DNA of 63,743 nucleotides from Octopus bimaculoides (Eukaryota). Of the stretch, positions 62,171 to 63,743 are shown one piece after another. Within the stretch, counting starts at the first letter, position 1. The number at the start of each line of letters is the position of its first letter. The stretch covers positions 29,768,445 through 29,832,187 of the forward strand of contig NC_069004.1 in NCBI RefSeq assembly GCF_001194135.2. The letters run 5' to 3'. The notes below the pieces were generated by a model. The model was not told the origin of the DNA and did no database searches. It worked only from the letters and a program-made list of their open reading frames with translations. Position numbers and translations under genes: made by a program.

Positions 62171-63743
62171 GTAAGTTTCAATTCTTTCCATTTACATTAT
62201 TGGTATTTTATCATCTATTACACACTCCTCATCACCACCATCATCATTATTTAATGTCTGTTTTCCATGCTGGCATGGGTTGGATGGTTTTAACTAGAGA
62301 AGGCAAGCCAGAGAACTGCACCAGACTCCACTTATCTGTTCCAGCTTAGTTTCTGCAGCTGGATACCCGTCTTAATGCCAACCACTCTACAGAGTGTACT
62401 GGGTGCTTTTTATGTGGCACCAACACAGATGTTTTGTTTGTCTTTTGTTTTTTCATGTGGCACTAGCACAAGTGCTTTTCACATGACACTGGCACCAGCA
62501 GGGTCACCAAATAACTTGCAATACAAAGACTTCTTAGTTCAGAAAGGGAGTCAAGATGAGGGAGGTGGCTGTATGCCAGGCAAGAATTGACCAAGGTAGA
62601 CATAGCTCATGTTTTCTCTCTACCACATCACAGACATATTGTATGTGCATGTGATGTACTGGAAACACAACTATATTCTAATTTGATCTTTTACATTAAC
62701 ATTTTCGTGTATTTCTTTATCAGATCCATAGAATTTCTTTTGAACAATAAATTTCCCAAAAGTCCATAAGAAGAAAGAACTTTTTTCTCTACTGTCAGAA
62801 AAAAAAAAATGAATTTAGCTTAATTAATTTCAAGTCCTGAGTTATGTAATGCTGACGAGTCCAAAAGGAGGACAAAATAGTGCTATTCACAACTATTAGT
62901 GACTTAAAGAACTTTATCTCATGGAAATAAATAAAATGATTATATAGAAATATATTGGCGTTAGGAAGGGCATCCAGCTGTAGAAACTCTGCCAAATCAG
63001 ATTGGAGCGTGGTGTAGCCATCTGGTTTCACCAGTCCTCAGTCAAATCGTCCAACACATGCTAGCATGGAAAGCGGACATTAAACGATGATGATGATGAT
63101 GATGATATAATTCAGTGTTTGATGTGTGTGTGTATATGTGTGATGTTGTGTGTTTTCCTCAAAAACACCAGAATTGAAGGTTAAAAAAAATGTTCAAAAT
63201 TTATTGTTACATCATAATAACCTATGACATAATTTGTGAGTGAGTGAAATTTACTCCTCTCCCACGTCTCTTTCTCATCCCTCCCTTTCTCTCTCTGTCA
63301 TGCCTACTCCACCTCACTTTGTCTTTCACCCTCTCCTTCCTTTTCTCTGTAGCTAACTCTGTCATTCCTCTCCCTCCCTTCCCCTTACTATTACACTTCA
63401 GCAATACATAAAAAGAAAGAAAGCAACAAACAAACAAAAAGCAAAGCTTATTATGGCACAACGAGTTTGTTTGTAATTTTTGTGTAACGGATTTCATTCA
63501 CACGGTATTGATCAGTTCTATAATTTGTATCACCACCAACATCATCATCATCATCATCATACTCATGAGTGCATGAATCAGCTGAGTTTTCTCTTGCACA
63601 TTGTCTGGCCATTTCGTGAGGTGCAGTATCTTTTGTCTCTGTCACAACTTGAAACCTACCTTCTCCTTTCTTCGTTTATAACCTGTATGTTTTGCTGCTG
63701 TTTCTGTGTGTCCCGTCTTCTGTCTCCATCCTGTTGTTTAAGA

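Overview
Eukaryotic draft-genome scaffold with about 13 N gaps, AT-rich and dense in microsatellites and tRNA-derived SINEs. The repeat content suggests an octopus or related coleoid cephalopod (inference). I reconstructed four spliced genes by hand with GT-AG sites and consistent phases. SMCO4 (+, one coding exon, 15311-15490, 59 aa). COMMD2 (-, 5 exons, 26099 to 20105, 199 aa). A CEP63/DEUP1-family gene (+, 12 exons, 26469-40854, about 535 aa), head-to-head with COMMD2 across 370 bp. The 5' part of CEP295/Ana1 (+, 47274 to past 62170, 285 aa seen), whose ATG appears split by an intron. From memory, DEUP1-SMCO4-CEP295 are neighbours on human 11q21, so the block looks like ancient microsynteny. 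The most unusual signal is in the repeats. A tRNA-headed short element carries a minimal type I hammerhead ribozyme and sits as inverted dimers at four loci, three with visible target-site duplications. Two unrelated hammerhead motifs and a Penelope GIY-YIG relic are also present. Other relics: RTE and CR1-type LINEs, mariner/maT pieces (one with its catalytic-Asp motif amplified into a minisatellite), MITE hairpins and a Helentron-like element. Most ORFs in the supplied track are microsatellite, SINE or N-gap artefacts. Gene and family names come from recalled sequences, not database searches.
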